Origin: Antedon mediterranea
Taxonomy: Eukaryota > Animalia > Echinodermata
DNA length: 64,000 bases
NCBI RefSeq assembly: GCF_964355755.1
Contig: NC_092674.1
Span: 21,700,001 to 21,764,000 of the forward strand
Direction of reading: 5' to 3'
Shown: piece by piece, positions 37,501 to 48,959 of the stretch
How the letters are laid out: each line of letters begins with the position of its first letter
Numbering within the stretch: the stretch's first letter is position 1
Position numbers and translations under genes: made by a program
Notes under the pieces: model-generated
What the model was told of the DNA's origin: nothing
Seen by the model: only the letters and a program-made list of their open reading frames with translations
Database searches by the model: none

Positions 37501-38203
37501 ACTACAAAAGAAAATCATTCGAATAATTTCGAATGTTTCACCTAGAACTAGTACAGATCCTTTATTTCGTTCTCTCAAATTATTAAAATTAACAGATATT
37601 AATATTTTCCAACAATGTTTATTTATTTACAAAAGCCAAAATGCTCTTCTTCCATCTCATTTACGCGATATGTTTTCTCCCAATTATGAATTTCACGGCT
37701 ATTCCACAAGAATCCTCAATAACCTTCATATTCCTAAACATAAAAAGACTTCTTTTCAACATAATATTAGATTTACTGGACCCAAGATATGGAACTCACT
37801 TCCTAACAAAATTACAACTTCTGCAAACAAACATAGCTTCGTCTTTAACACTAAACAATATCTAATACAAAAGTAAATTATTTAACTAGTTATATTCTAG
37901 GTTTCAGTTTTTTATTGTTTTCATATTCCGTTATGGTAATTACTTTATTCCTATATACCATTTATTATTATTTACTAATTTGATTTTAGTTACTTTTTGT
38001 TTTGTTCAGGCACTTTCAACACAAGCTTTTGCTTTTTAGAAATTGTGCCTCCTTCATAATATTGTTTTATTCATGTTAAAGATGAGAAAAAAAAAATTGT
38101 ATTGTTTTAACTATCTTTCTTGTTGTCATGAATTTTGTGTATTATATTTTTTTGTATATTATGAAGGAAATAAATGTTATTATGATATGATATGATATGA
38201 TAT
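34600..38203 (+). mobile_element. Near-intact LINE; 5' boundary uncertain
   Basis: The ORF above, a T-rich 3' UTR, AATAAA at ~38169 and an (ATGAT)n tail. Confidence 0.85.
34844..37876 (+). CDS. LINE (CR1/L2 group) endonuclease-reverse transcriptase ORF, uninterrupted 1010 aa
   Basis: APE motifs HFNTRSL, ITESWL, GGGVALY, GDFN, IDNIL, SDHLPV; RT motifs YRPIS, DLSKAFD, GVPQGS, YADD. Confidence 0.95.
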   Translation: MCQSNPTTDVKFNPFVAYENMNINENVDPHSQFYASLNESNYFDPETFSENFSKHNNDKNILSTIHFNTRSLLGKMDSLKRFLLTLEFDFDVIAITESWLQYDNNPLTDMPGYNIFSRNRKSKAGGGVALYVRNNVSVTVRNDLTTDESICESIFIEIEQIHGKNIIVGTIYRAPSLNINAFNDILDNLLHTLSTENKLVYLLGDFNIDILQYTYETTTNNFVNTLFSNFYLPLILRPTRITSNSATLIDNILTNQPDLHLASGQLYCDISDHLPVFSISTLTYKNTQAVSRPPNKPFRKINENNIEQFKRELSVITWNDVNLLQEPNQAYNTFETKLKLLYNKHFPMTTQSKKNTKLKPWMSNGLLQSTKYKHKLYAKYLNNPTNHNKIKYTKFRNTLNSLIKRVKTEYYQNRFTQCQHDIKGTWRVINSLFKRSPNLNTKVVLTGNNGESIEDPSQIANEFNKFFVEIGPTLSKKLPTDQSDFKTYLPLPTLNSLFMCPVSDTEIIDIVKCFKTNKAQGLDEFSPKVIKQSISLLVKPLCHIFNLSLTKGVFPNKLKLARVTPIFKAGKKDTLSNYRPISVLSLFSKILERIIYNRTYAFMEKNNILCNKQFGFRKHFDTAMALIDLSNEIIDAFENDEFAIGVFVDLSKAFDTINHPILLSKLYHYGIRGVPLNLFKSYLSNRYQCTKFCDSQSDYLPITCGVPQGSLLGPLLFLLYVNDIYNSSVSLSYFLYADDTTLICKNRHLESLFNTVNTSLINVSEWFLANSLSVNLKKCSYVLFRSSTMPIKLGPLQIKLNGSVLPMVNHAKFLGVSIDSRLTWKPHVIETENKISKNIGIICRLASFLPHHILRTLYCSLVLPYLLYCNIVWCNTFPSNLNKLQILQKKIIRIISNVSPRTSTDPLFRSLKLLKLTDINIFQQCLFIYKSQNALLPSHLRDMFSPNYEFHGYSTRILNNLHIPKHKKTSFQHNIRFTGPKIWNSLPNKITTSANKHSFVFNTKQYLIQK

Positions 38204-38639
38204 TAACTGTACATAACAACATGCAATCACAAGTTGATTTGTTGACGGCAGCCACCGCGTGGATGTGAAAAAACTGTTCGGGAAGTCAGGGTCGCAACAC
38301 TAAAAACAGCATTACGATTCTTAGATAGATATGATACTGATACTTACTAATATCATTATAACTATTTTAACGCGTGGCGTAGTCGTATTTTAATTATTAA
38401 TTCATGTATGGCATAGGCCTAGGCCAAGTTTCATCCATCGCTCTCTCGCTTGCGCAACGACTATCTAGGGTACAGTAAATCCCTATAACACTCCGACTCT
38501 CCGGCTTGTGTCAAGCTAGCCGACAAAAAGCCAGCCGACAATAAGCCAGCCCACTTTTATTTTTTCCAGCCGACAATAACTATGAAACGCCGTTTGTGTA
38601 TTTTTCACATTTTCAGGTTTTTATAGTATTAGAAATTCA

Positions 38640-41241
38640 ATATTTGTGAGAAAATGGCGGATTGCTCCTGGGAGTCACTTGGTGGGATTATACTAGGGTA
38701 CCTCATTAGTCGTCCAGTATAAGTTAGGGTGAGACCACTGGTCCCGTTTACTCAGCCCTCATCTTTTAAATCTGAGTGTAACTCAATTACTATTTTTAAA
38801 ATTATAGTGAAATTTGATACTGTATTTATGAGAAAATGGCGGATTGCTCCTGGGAGTTACTTAGTGGGATTATACTAAGGGACCTCCTTAATCGTCCAGT
38901 ATAAGTTAGAGTAGGACCGCTGGTCCTGTTTACACAGCCCTCATCTTTTAAATCTGAGTGTAACTCAATTACGATTTTTAATATTTTAGTAAAATTTGAT
39001 ACTGTATTTGTAAGAAAATGGCGAATTGCTCCTGGGAGTCACTTGGTGGGATTATACTTGGGTACCTCCTTAGTCGACCAGTATAAGTTAGAGAAGGACC
39101 GCTGGTCCTGTTTACTCAGCCCTCATCTTTTAAATCTGAGTGTAACTCAATTACGATTTTTTATATAGTGAAATTTGATACCATATTTGTGAGAAAATTG
39201 CGGATTGCTCTTGGGGGAGTAACTTGGTGGTATTATACTAGGGTACCTCCTTAGTCGTCCAGTATAAGTTAGGGCGAGACCACTGGTCCTGTTTACTCAG
39301 CCCTCATCTTTTAAATCTGAGTTTAACTCAATTACGATTTTGAATATTATAGTGAAATTTGATACTGTCTTTGTGAGAAAATGGCGGATTGCTCCTGGGA
39401 GTCACTTGGTGGGATTATACTAGGGTACCTCCTTAGTCGTCCAGTATAAGTTAGGGTGGGACCACTGGTCCCGTTTACTAAGCCCTCATCTTTTAAATCT
39501 GAGTGTAACTCAATTACTATTTTAAAAATTATAGTGAAATTTGATACTGTATTTGTGAGAAAATGGCGGATTGCTCCTGGGAGAGTCACTTGGTGGGATT
39601 ATACTAGGGTACCTCCTTAGTCGTCCAGTATAAGTTAGTGACCACTGGTCCCGTTTACTTAGCCCTCATCTTTTAAATCTGAGTATAACTCAATTACGAT
39701 TTTTTATATAGTGAAATTTGATACTGTATTTGTGAGAAAATGGCGGATTGGTCCTGGGAGTCACTTGGTGGGATTATACTAGGGTACCTCCTTAATCGTC
39801 CACCAGTATAAGTTAGAGTAGAACCACTGGTCCTGTTTACTCAGCCCTCATCTTTTAAATCTGAGTGTAACTCAATTACGATTTTTAATATTATAGTGAA
39901 ATTTGATACTGTATTTGTGAGAAAATGGCGGATTGCTCCTGGGAGTCACTTGGTGGGATTATACTAGGGTACCTCCTTAGTCGTCCAGTATAAGTTAGAG
40001 TAGGACCGCTGGTCCTGTTTACTCAGCCCTCATCTTTTAAATCTGAGTGTAACTCAATTACGATTTTTTATATAGTGAAATCTGATACTGTATTTGTGAG
40101 AAAATGGCGGATTGCTCCTGGGAGTAACTTGGTGGGATTATACTAGGGTACCTCCTTAATCGTCCAGTATAAGTTAGAGTAGAACCGCTGGTCCTGTTTA
40201 CTCAGCCCTCATCTTTTAAATCTGAGTGTAACTCAATTACGATTTTTAATATTATAGTGAAATTTGATACTGTATTTGTGAGAAAATGGCGGATTGCTCC
40301 TGGGAGTCACTTGGTGAGATTATACTAGGGTACCTCCTTAGTCGTCCAGTATAAGTTTTGGGTGGGACCACTGGTTCCGTTTACTCAGCCCTCATTTTTT
40401 AAATCTAAGTGTAACTCAATTACGATTTTTTATATAGTGAAATTTGATACTGAATTTGTGAGAAAATGGCGTATTGCTCCTGGGAGTAACTTGGTGGGAT
40501 TATACTAGGGTACCTCCTTAGTCGTCCAGTATACGTTAGGGTGGGACCACTGGTCCCGTTTACTCATCCCTCATCTTTTAAATCTGAGTGTAACTCAATT
40601 ACTATTTTAAAAATTATAGTGAAATTTGATACTGTATTTGTGAGAAAATGGCGGATTGCTCCTGGGAGTCACTTGGTGGGATTATACTAGGGTACCTCCT
40701 TAGTCATCCAGTTTAAGTTAGGGTGTGACCACTGGTCTCGTTTACTTAGCCCTCATCTTTTAACTCTGAGTATAACTCAATTACGATTTTTTATATAGTG
40801 AAATTTGATACTGTATTTGTCAGAAAATGGCGGATTGCTCCTGGGAGTCACTTGGTGGGATTATACTAGGGTACCTCCTTAGTCGTCCAGTATAAGTTAG
40901 AGTAGGACCGCTGGTCCTATTTACTCAGCCCTCATCTTTTAAATCGGAGTGTAACTCAATTACGATTTTTAATATTATAATGAAATTTGATACTGTATTT
41001 GTGAGAAAATGGCGGATTGCTCCTGGGAGTCACTTGGTGGGATCATACTAAGGTACCTCCTTAGTCGTCCAGAATAAGTTAAGGTTGGACCACTGGTCCC
41101 ATTTACTCAGCCCTCATCTTTTAAATCTGAGTGTAACTCAATTACGATTTTTAATATTATAGTGAAATTTGATACAGTATTTGTGAGAAAATGGCGGATT
41201 GCTCCTTCTGGGAGTCACTTGGTGGGATTATACTAGGGTAC
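38640..41241. repeat. Satellite-like tandem array, ~181-bp unit, about 14 copies
   Basis: Unit gagaaaatggcggattgctcctgggagtcacttggtgggattatactagggtacctcc...atagtgaaatttgatactgtatttgt repeated head to tail. Confidence 0.95.
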
Positions 41242-41354
41242 TATTTCGCTGTGCTCCACAACTGGTGCCAAATCGGATCAACTAGAACATAGTGTACATA
41301 CGAAAATATATTGAAACTTAATTGGGGGTCCACTGGAGCACAGTGTATTAACAT

Positions 41355-42432
41355 GGGTGTCACGAAAGCTCAGACCACGAAAGCTCAGACCCCCTAAGAC
41401 CTAAGATCACGAAAGCTAAGACCCAACACCTAAGATTACAAATACTAAGATATACTACAGATTAAAAACAATACTTGTTTATCCATACATAATTTTAAAC
41501 ACAGTAGGTTTCATTTATTACCATAAATATAATTTAATACTACCGCAAAACATAGATAAACTCACATTATTTTCGCCCGTTGAGTAAATGCATATTTTTT
41601 CTTTACAACAAACAAACTTGACGGGTTGTTTGTTGGTATATATTTACTCCATTGTGTTGGTTCAGAGGATGTTTTTCTTACGCACCTGCCTTTCTTGTAT
41701 TTTGACTCCAAATTTGTTGACTAATTTTATCCTGAACACCACACTTTAAAATTAGGACTTATAAGTACTTTCAGAAGGAGAAACACATAATAACAAATAA
41801 ATAAATCCTTTAAATTGATGATTTTACATATGTGTTTCTTTGTTTACTGTAATGTAACTCCTCGAGCTCCCACCATGCTCAATGTTTTTGTTTCCATGGA
41901 GCGCCAAAAGAGCAACAATAATAGTACAAGCATAAAAACAGAAAGAAAACGAAACAAAAAAACTTATCATGATTTTTAAATTAAAATTTATTTGCCAGTA
42001 TTTATTTCTTCGTACTTGCATGATTATACTATTATCATTACAATTTTCATTTTACATTGTTCCATCCACACTGTAGATGGACTCCACAGAGTTTTCAGCC
42101 CTCTATATAATTTTTGCTCTTTTGACGTTCCATAGAAACAAAAACATTGAACATGGGGTAGGCCTACTGTAGTACTGTAGGCTAGTCATTTTGTGTGCGA
42201 GAAAAACGTCTGTAAAATCATCAATTTAAAAATGTATTTGTTACTTTTTATGTGATTCTTTTTCATGAAAGTGCCAATTCTAAGGTGTGGTATTCAGAAT
42301 AAATGTTGGGAGTTAAAATACAAGGCAGGTGCGAAAGATAAATATTTGTAATCTTAGGTGTTGGGTCTTAGCTTTCGTGATCTTAGGTCTTAGGGGGTCT
42401 GAGCTTTCGTGGTCTGAGCTTTCGTGACACCC
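41355..42432. mobile_element. Foldback/MULE-like non-autonomous element
   Basis: ~90-bp TIR gggtgtcacgaaagctcagacc... / ...ggtctgagctttcgtgacaccc; perfect 10-bp TSD gtattaacat. Confidence 0.9.
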
Positions 42433-42842
42433 GTATTAACATACGAAAAGATATTAACATTCAGTGACTTCTATTTTATATCACTGTGCTCCCCTGGTGC
42501 TAAATTAGGTCCACTTGATTATTTTATAGGCATAAAATAAACATGAAATGTCTTGTATGTAGGCCTACACGGGACGGCGGCCGAAAAAAGTATGTGGCGT
42601 ATTTGGCGTTTTTTGATTTGTGTTATAGACACGGCGATTACTGCAATCATTGTATACCAAATTACATTGAGTTATTCACCCGGCTGTAGGGTATATATCT
42701 CTGAGGTTAACAGACCACCAAAACACGGTACACAACACATGCACTATCGATACATTTTCGGAGTACCGCATTACCAAATGTTCATTTTGTTTGAAGTTTT
42801 TCGATCAAAGTTTATTATTAGTTCGTCGAAAAAGATCCGTAC

Positions 42843-45800
42843 TGTAATGTAGTTGCCGCCCTCTAGGTAAGGGTAAGCGTGTGCAACATGGACGATGTGA
42901 ATAAAGTATAATATAGAAGAGTGATAAAACATTACAATTTGGCGACGAGGATAAACGTGAATAAATGAGGATAGATAAATTAGATAAATGAGAATCGTAA
43001 CTATACCGTCTTATATAAGTTAAATATCGTTTGAATAACCACCATGGCTACGGCGAATAGTAATATGCCTAGCCTGCCTGCATTTGATGTGCACGCCGAT
43101 CTCGCCAGCAGAGCGACGAGGTGGACCAAGTGGCTGAAGCGTTTTGAGCGAGCCATGGTAGGCTTTGGAATTACAAATGATGCCCGAAAGAGAGCACTGT
43201 TGTTATTCTATGGAGGGTTAGAGTTACAAGATGAATTTGACACCCTGCCAGATCAAGATACTGGTGGTGATGGTGGTACGTACACACAGGCCAAAGAAGC
43301 CTTGACAACACATTTAACCCCAAAAGGTAACATTGATTATGAAACGATAATTTTTCGGAGAATGAATCAGGAGCCTAGTGAGAAAATAGACCAGTACTGT
43401 AGTAGACTGCGTCTACAGGCTGTTAAGTGTAATTTCAATGACATTACCAGAGAAATTAAAACACAGATAATTTCAGGATGCAAAGACAGCCGATTTAGAA
43501 GGCGTATCCTAGAAAAGGAAAGAACATTGACACAAATTCTTGATTTAGCACGGTCTGTTGAGTTGTCAGAAAAAAGGGCAACAGAGGTTGAAGGAAATTC
43601 ATCCCAATCAGCTGTAAATGCGACAACAGAATCTGTGAATGCGATGAAGTTTACAAATCGTAGCCGTTCAAAGAAATATAATGGTACAAAGAATCAAAGT
43701 CAATATAATAAATCCACTTACAAACAAAAGTCAAAACCAGCAGGAAAATCATCAACATGTAGAAAATGCGGTTTGGCATACCCACATGAGGCTGAGTGTC
43801 CAGCAAAAGGTAAAATTTGTAATTCATGTGGTAAACAAGATCATTATGCACGAGTTTGTTTCACGAAAGGCAAACAACAAGTTAGCAGAGTGGAAGAACA
43901 GGTGTGCAGTAGTGGTACAACAGGAGATACAGATTATGCAACAGATCCAGAATATGCTTTTGTTCTCCCAGGACCATCAAAAAAGTTACCAACATGTGAT
44001 ATGATAGTCCACTGTAATAACAAGGTACAGATGCGAGCACTTGTAGACACAGGAGCGTCAGTGAACGTGATGGATAGTGTTTCATTTGATAAGATAGTAC
44101 CCAAGCCAACAATTGACAAACACAAAACAGAAATCTTTGCATATGGAAAAGCAAATCCACTGAAAGTAGTAGGAATTGTTAAACTCAAAATATCCATTGA
44201 ATCCACACAGAAGTGTATAGAGACTGAGTTTTATATAGTACATGGTAATACAGGAAATTTGTTATCATGGAAAACATCTCAAGAACTAGAGCTTGTCAAA
44301 CTAGCGTGTGGAATTGGTAAGAGTGAAGATAGTGTTCCTCAATGTATCAATGACTACTCAGAACTTTTTAGAGGTATTGGTAAAATCAAAGATGTAGAGA
44401 TCAAGTTACACATCGACACAACAGTACCAACAAAGGAACAAAAACACAGGAGAATACCATTTCATGTTCGTGCTGATGTTGATCGAGAGCTGAAGCGATT
44501 ATCAGAACTTGACATCATAGAGAAAATTGAAGGACCAACACCGTGGGTCAGTCCAATCGTTGTAGTACCGAAGAAAAATGGAGTTCGTTTATGCGTTGAT
44601 ATGCGTGAAGCGAACCAAGCTATCAAGAGAGAAAAACACCCAATACCAACGTTAGATGAAATTGTATCTGATTTGAATGGTGCATCAGTGTTTAGCACAT
44701 TAGATTTGTCATCGGGATATCATCAATTTTCACTCCATCCTGAAAGCAGATATATTACAACGTTTAGCACACACGTCGGTTTGTTTCGTTACAAACGGTT
44801 GATGTTTGGCGTGAATTCTGCCCCTGAATTATTTGCAGCTGCAGTAAGAAATTTATTGAGCGGGTTAAATGGATGCAGAAACATATCTGATGACATAATT
44901 ATTTTTGGAAGGACAAAACAAGAACATGACATAAACCTTAAAGCAGTTCTTGAAAGATTGAAGCAATGTGGAGCAACTTTAAATAAAGAGAAATGTTGTT
45001 TTGCTCAACCAAAGGTTAAGTTTTACGGACATACATTCAGTAGTGACGGATTAGCTGCTGATACACAGAAGATAGAAAGTCTCAAGAATGCTCCACGACC
45101 ACAGTCGGCAAGTGAAGTAAAGTCCTTGTTAGGTATGGCTCAGTACTTGTCACGGTTCATCTACAATTACGCTTCGATTACAACACCATTGCGAGAGCTT
45201 ACTCATCAAAATAGCCAATGGAAATGGACAGGTGTTGAAGAACAATCATTTAAAGATCTAAAGCAAGCTTTAATTAGTTCTGATGTAATAACTTACTTTG
45301 ACATTAACAAGAGAACAAATATTCTAGTAGATGCAAGCCCTGTAGGCCTGTCAGCTATTATGTGCCAAGATGGTAAAGTGATAGGATATGGAAGCAGAGC
45401 ATTATCCGATGTTGAAACGAGATACTCACAAACCGAGAGGGAAATGCTAGCTGTTGTATACGGTGCTGAACATTTTCATTTGTACGTATATGGTGCAAAG
45501 TTCAAGATAACAACGGATCACAAGCCATTACTAGGAATCTTCAAAAGTCAAAAACAGATGTCCGCAAGGATTGAGAGATGGCGATTGCGACTAATGCCAT
45601 ATGATTGTGAAGTGATCTATAGACCAGGTATTGACAACCCTGCAGATTACTTGAGCAGACATCCTACTTCAACAGATACACAGACAGAAGTTAGTCAAGA
45701 TGTTAATATGATAGGAAGTTATGTAAACTATGTTGTACAGAACAGTGTTCCAAAGGCAATGACCAAACAAGAAATTGAAATAGAGAGTGATCGTGACGAA

Positions 45801-47537
45801 ACATTCAAGAAATTGAGGAAAGCTGTTGAAAGTGGAAAGGATAAAGATTGGAAACATCCTTTGTTGGAACCATTTAAAAATGTGAAAGATGAAATAGCAG
45901 TAGTAGATAAAATCATATTACGAAGACATCAGATAGTTTTACCAGAGACATTGAGAGGAAAAGCTGTAGAATTGGCTCATGTAGGACACCAAGGGATCGT
46001 AAAGACTAAAGCATTGATACGTGAAAAAGTGTGGTTCCCTGGAATAGATAAAATGGTAGAACGACAGGTTAGAAAATGCCTAGCATGTCAAGCGACTGTA
46101 TCTACGAATGCAGAGAAACCAGAACCATTGAAGATGACAGAATTACCAACATTACCATGGACTGAAGTGGCAGTTGATTTTAAAGGACCAATGCCAAATG
46201 GAAAATATTTGCTTGTTGTATATGATATGTATAGCAGATTTCCAGAAGTCGAGATAGTTCAGTCGACATCAGCGAAAGCAACTATTCCGAAATTAGATGC
46301 GATATTCGCAAGACATGGCATACCTAATATAGTATTGTCAGATAATGGACCTCCATTTAACAGTCATGAGTTCGAGCAATTTGCAACATACCAAGGGTTT
46401 AAACATCGAAGAACGACTCCATTATGGCCGAGAGCAAATGGGGAAGTTGAAAGATTCAATCGGACATTAACCAAAGTTCTTCAAACTGCAAGTGTTGAGG
46501 GAAGAAATCCGCATCAAGCATTATATGAATTCCTCAGGCAGTATCGAGCAACCCCACATTCAACCACAGGGAAAAGTCCAGCTGAACTATTATATGGAAG
46601 AAAAATAAAAATATGTTTTCCATCACTGAATAAAGTAGACGAGAAGAATGATGTAGAAGTTGCAAACAAAGATAATAAACAGAAGAAGAAAATGAAAGAT
46701 AGCGGAGATATGTATTTGCATACAAAAGAAAGCGATTTGAAAGTTGGAGACAAAGTGCTTGTAAAGCAACAAAAGAAGAATATGTTAACAACCCCGTTTG
46801 ACCCAGATCCGTATATTGTAAGTTGGAGAAAAGGAAATGCTATAATTGCAGATAGGAATGGTATAAAAATTAGAAGGAACATTTCTCATTTCAAGAAAAT
46901 AAACATTTTTAATGATTATGAGTCAGACGTCGATGATGATTTAGTAGAAAGACCCCAAGATGTAAATGATCAACAAGAACCAAGACGACCGCAAAGGAAT
47001 CGACGAATGCCCGCAAGATATAATGATTTTGTGTTGGACCAATAAGTTTGAAAATAATAGAAACAAAGGATATGAACATTGTTGAGTTGATTCACATTTT
47101 GATGAACATTTAAATTTGATTTTGAGCAAAGTTATTGATTTCGAATTATTGGATAAGAACATTGATTATATTTGTGACAAGAGACATTGATAAACAGTAA
47201 AAGACAATTTGAACATTTCTGAGAATTTAATTAGTAAACAATAATATATCTTGATAATTGACACTATGCAATTGATGGAGAATTACTTATAAAAAAAATA
47301 TATACACTAATATGAAGCATAACAATCAGAGTATTAATAATTAAATAAGCTAGTCAATGTGATAAAAGTTAATAGTTAAAATGTTAGTTAATATTCAGTG
47401 TTGTATTTGATAGTTGTAGAACTTATCTAAAGTAAGGAGGGAATGTAATGTAGTTGCCGCCCTCTAGGTAAGGGTAAGCGTGTGCAACATGGACGATGTG
47501 AATAAAGTATAATATAGAAGAGTGATAAAACATTACA
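42843..47537 (+). mobile_element. Full-length Ty3/gypsy LTR retrotransposon, Mag-like
   Basis: Identical 94-bp LTRs (42843-42936, 47444-47537), 5-bp TSD CGTAC, PBS TGGCGACGAGGAT (tRNA-Ser-like), PPT aaagtaaggagggaa. Confidence 0.97.
43044..47045 (+). CDS. Gag-Pol polyprotein (Gag with 2 zinc knuckles, protease, RT, RNase H, integrase)
   Basis: CRKC..H..C and CNSCGKQDHYARVC; LVDTGAS; LDLSSGYHQ..ISDDIII; VDAS..TEREMLA..TDHKPL; HHCC-like region, VAVDF, SDNGPPF, ANGEVERFN. Confidence 0.97.
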   Translation: MATANSNMPSLPAFDVHADLASRATRWTKWLKRFERAMVGFGITNDARKRALLLFYGGLELQDEFDTLPDQDTGGDGGTYTQAKEALTTHLTPKGNIDYETIIFRRMNQEPSEKIDQYCSRLRLQAVKCNFNDITREIKTQIISGCKDSRFRRRILEKERTLTQILDLARSVELSEKRATEVEGNSSQSAVNATTESVNAMKFTNRSRSKKYNGTKNQSQYNKSTYKQKSKPAGKSSTCRKCGLAYPHEAECPAKGKICNSCGKQDHYARVCFTKGKQQVSRVEEQVCSSGTTGDTDYATDPEYAFVLPGPSKKLPTCDMIVHCNNKVQMRALVDTGASVNVMDSVSFDKIVPKPTIDKHKTEIFAYGKANPLKVVGIVKLKISIESTQKCIETEFYIVHGNTGNLLSWKTSQELELVKLACGIGKSEDSVPQCINDYSELFRGIGKIKDVEIKLHIDTTVPTKEQKHRRIPFHVRADVDRELKRLSELDIIEKIEGPTPWVSPIVVVPKKNGVRLCVDMREANQAIKREKHPIPTLDEIVSDLNGASVFSTLDLSSGYHQFSLHPESRYITTFSTHVGLFRYKRLMFGVNSAPELFAAAVRNLLSGLNGCRNISDDIIIFGRTKQEHDINLKAVLERLKQCGATLNKEKCCFAQPKVKFYGHTFSSDGLAADTQKIESLKNAPRPQSASEVKSLLGMAQYLSRFIYNYASITTPLRELTHQNSQWKWTGVEEQSFKDLKQALISSDVITYFDINKRTNILVDASPVGLSAIMCQDGKVIGYGSRALSDVETRYSQTEREMLAVVYGAEHFHLYVYGAKFKITTDHKPLLGIFKSQKQMSARIERWRLRLMPYDCEVIYRPGIDNPADYLSRHPTSTDTQTEVSQDVNMIGSYVNYVVQNSVPKAMTKQEIEIESDRDETFKKLRKAVESGKDKDWKHPLLEPFKNVKDEIAVVDKIILRRHQIVLPETLRGKAVELAHVGHQGIVKTKALIREKVWFPGIDKMVERQVRKCLACQATVSTNAEKPEPLKMTELPTLPWTEVAVDFKGPMPNGKYLLVVYDMYSRFPEVEIVQSTSAKATIPKLDAIFARHGIPNIVLSDNGPPFNSHEFEQFATYQGFKHRRTTPLWPRANGEVERFNRTLTKVLQTASVEGRNPHQALYEFLRQYRATPHSTTGKSPAELLYGRKIKICFPSLNKVDEKNDVEVANKDNKQKKKMKDSGDMYLHTKESDLKVGDKVLVKQQKKNMLTTPFDPDPYIVSWRKGNAIIADRNGIKIRRNISHFKKINIFNDYESDVDDDLVERPQDVNDQQEPRRPQRNRRMPARYNDFVLDQ

Positions 47538-47709
47538 CGTACAGTATTTAGGAAGGATTTATTTAAATTTACATTATGTAATATTTGTTATTAAGTGTGA
47601 TGGAAACAGTTTCTCTAGCCTATTAAACAGTGTGTAAGCATCTATTTTTTCAAAAATTTTCGGAGCCCCCTCCCCCCCCCCCCTCATCAGATCCTAGATC
47701 CGCCACTGC

Positions 47710-48150
47710 AATAAGACGTTTATTATTTGTCAATTCCGTCTTGATTCCACTGTACATAGCCGTTTACCTGCCCTGACGGCTGACAAATAAGACATTTATT
47801 ATTTGTCGTCCTTCATGGCAGGTAGTGTTTCGACTGTAGGCCTACAGCCGTATACCTGCCCTGACGGATGACAAATAAGACATTTATTATTTGTCATCCT
47901 GCAGGGTAGGTTTTGTATGATTCCACTGAAGCCTACATAGCCGTATACCTGCCCTGACGGATGACAAAAAATAAGTTTATCATACTATTACTGATTAATA
48001 AAGGCATAAATGACATTTAATTCAAAACATTTCATTCAAAACATTTCATTCAAAACATTTTATTCAAAACATTCAATTCAAAACATTTCAATCAAAACAT
48101 TTCATTCAAAACATTCAATTCAAAGCATTCAATTCAAAACATTTCATTCA
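47710..48150. repeat. Short tandem repeats (three ~75-100-bp units, then (TTCAAAACAT)-type simple repeat)
   Basis: gccgtatacctgccctgacggatgacaaa x3; ttcaaaacatttca repeats at 48018-48150. Confidence 0.75.
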
Positions 48151-48959
48151 TATATCACGCCATTCAATTCATATCGATGCATTTCATTCACACATCGCGT
48201 CATAAAATTCATATCATCGAAATGTTGCGTAAACGGCGTTCCATATAAAACGGTAATCTCTTCTTCCTCGGTCACATTTGTCCAATAGGGTTGGTGAAAT
48301 CTGTCCATAATAGGTTACTTTTCTGTCCATAATAGGGGACTTTCTGTCCATAATAGGGACTAGAGGGCGCTGTTGTTTGTCCATAATAGGTGACTTTCAT
48401 AATTGGCTGTCCAAAATAGGCGACTTTTTGTCCACAATAGGCGAGTTTATTGGAGTAGTGCGCCATCCATTGTTTTGTCCATAATAGGTGATTTTGTTGG
48501 CGTACTCGACGTACATACGTAGTTTATTTCGCGAGTAGAAGTAATACAGTAGTATTATTAGTTAATACTAATTTGCTTTCTCTTCAGACTTCGAGGCTAC
48601 CTAGGCCTAGCTAGTAGGAGGCCTAGGCCGAATTAGTATAATTATTTAAGTCTCTCTAGCCTCTAGGCCTAGCCTAGGCTAATCCTGTTTTAGTTAGGCT
48701 ATCCCAGTCGGAGTATGGTCGAAGCGGCCGCCAACCAAAGCGGCCGCCAGTTTAATATCGTCATTTGTATGGAACGCCATGTGCGCTTTAATCTTTGATT
48801 GTCGTTGTCAACGCCATGGCCTATGGCGAGTTGAGTTACAGCTGTGTGTATGGTCAAACCAATAAATATAAGCCAAATCATGTACTATCGAATCTTTATA
48901 TTTCTATAATAATTAAGTTTGCCTGCGGATAAATTAATGTATTCACGGTAAATAAAAAT

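Noticed and set aside
38640-41241. CRISPR-like regular array
   Set aside because: Whole units repeat with no unique spacers, no cas genes, and the context is eukaryotic.
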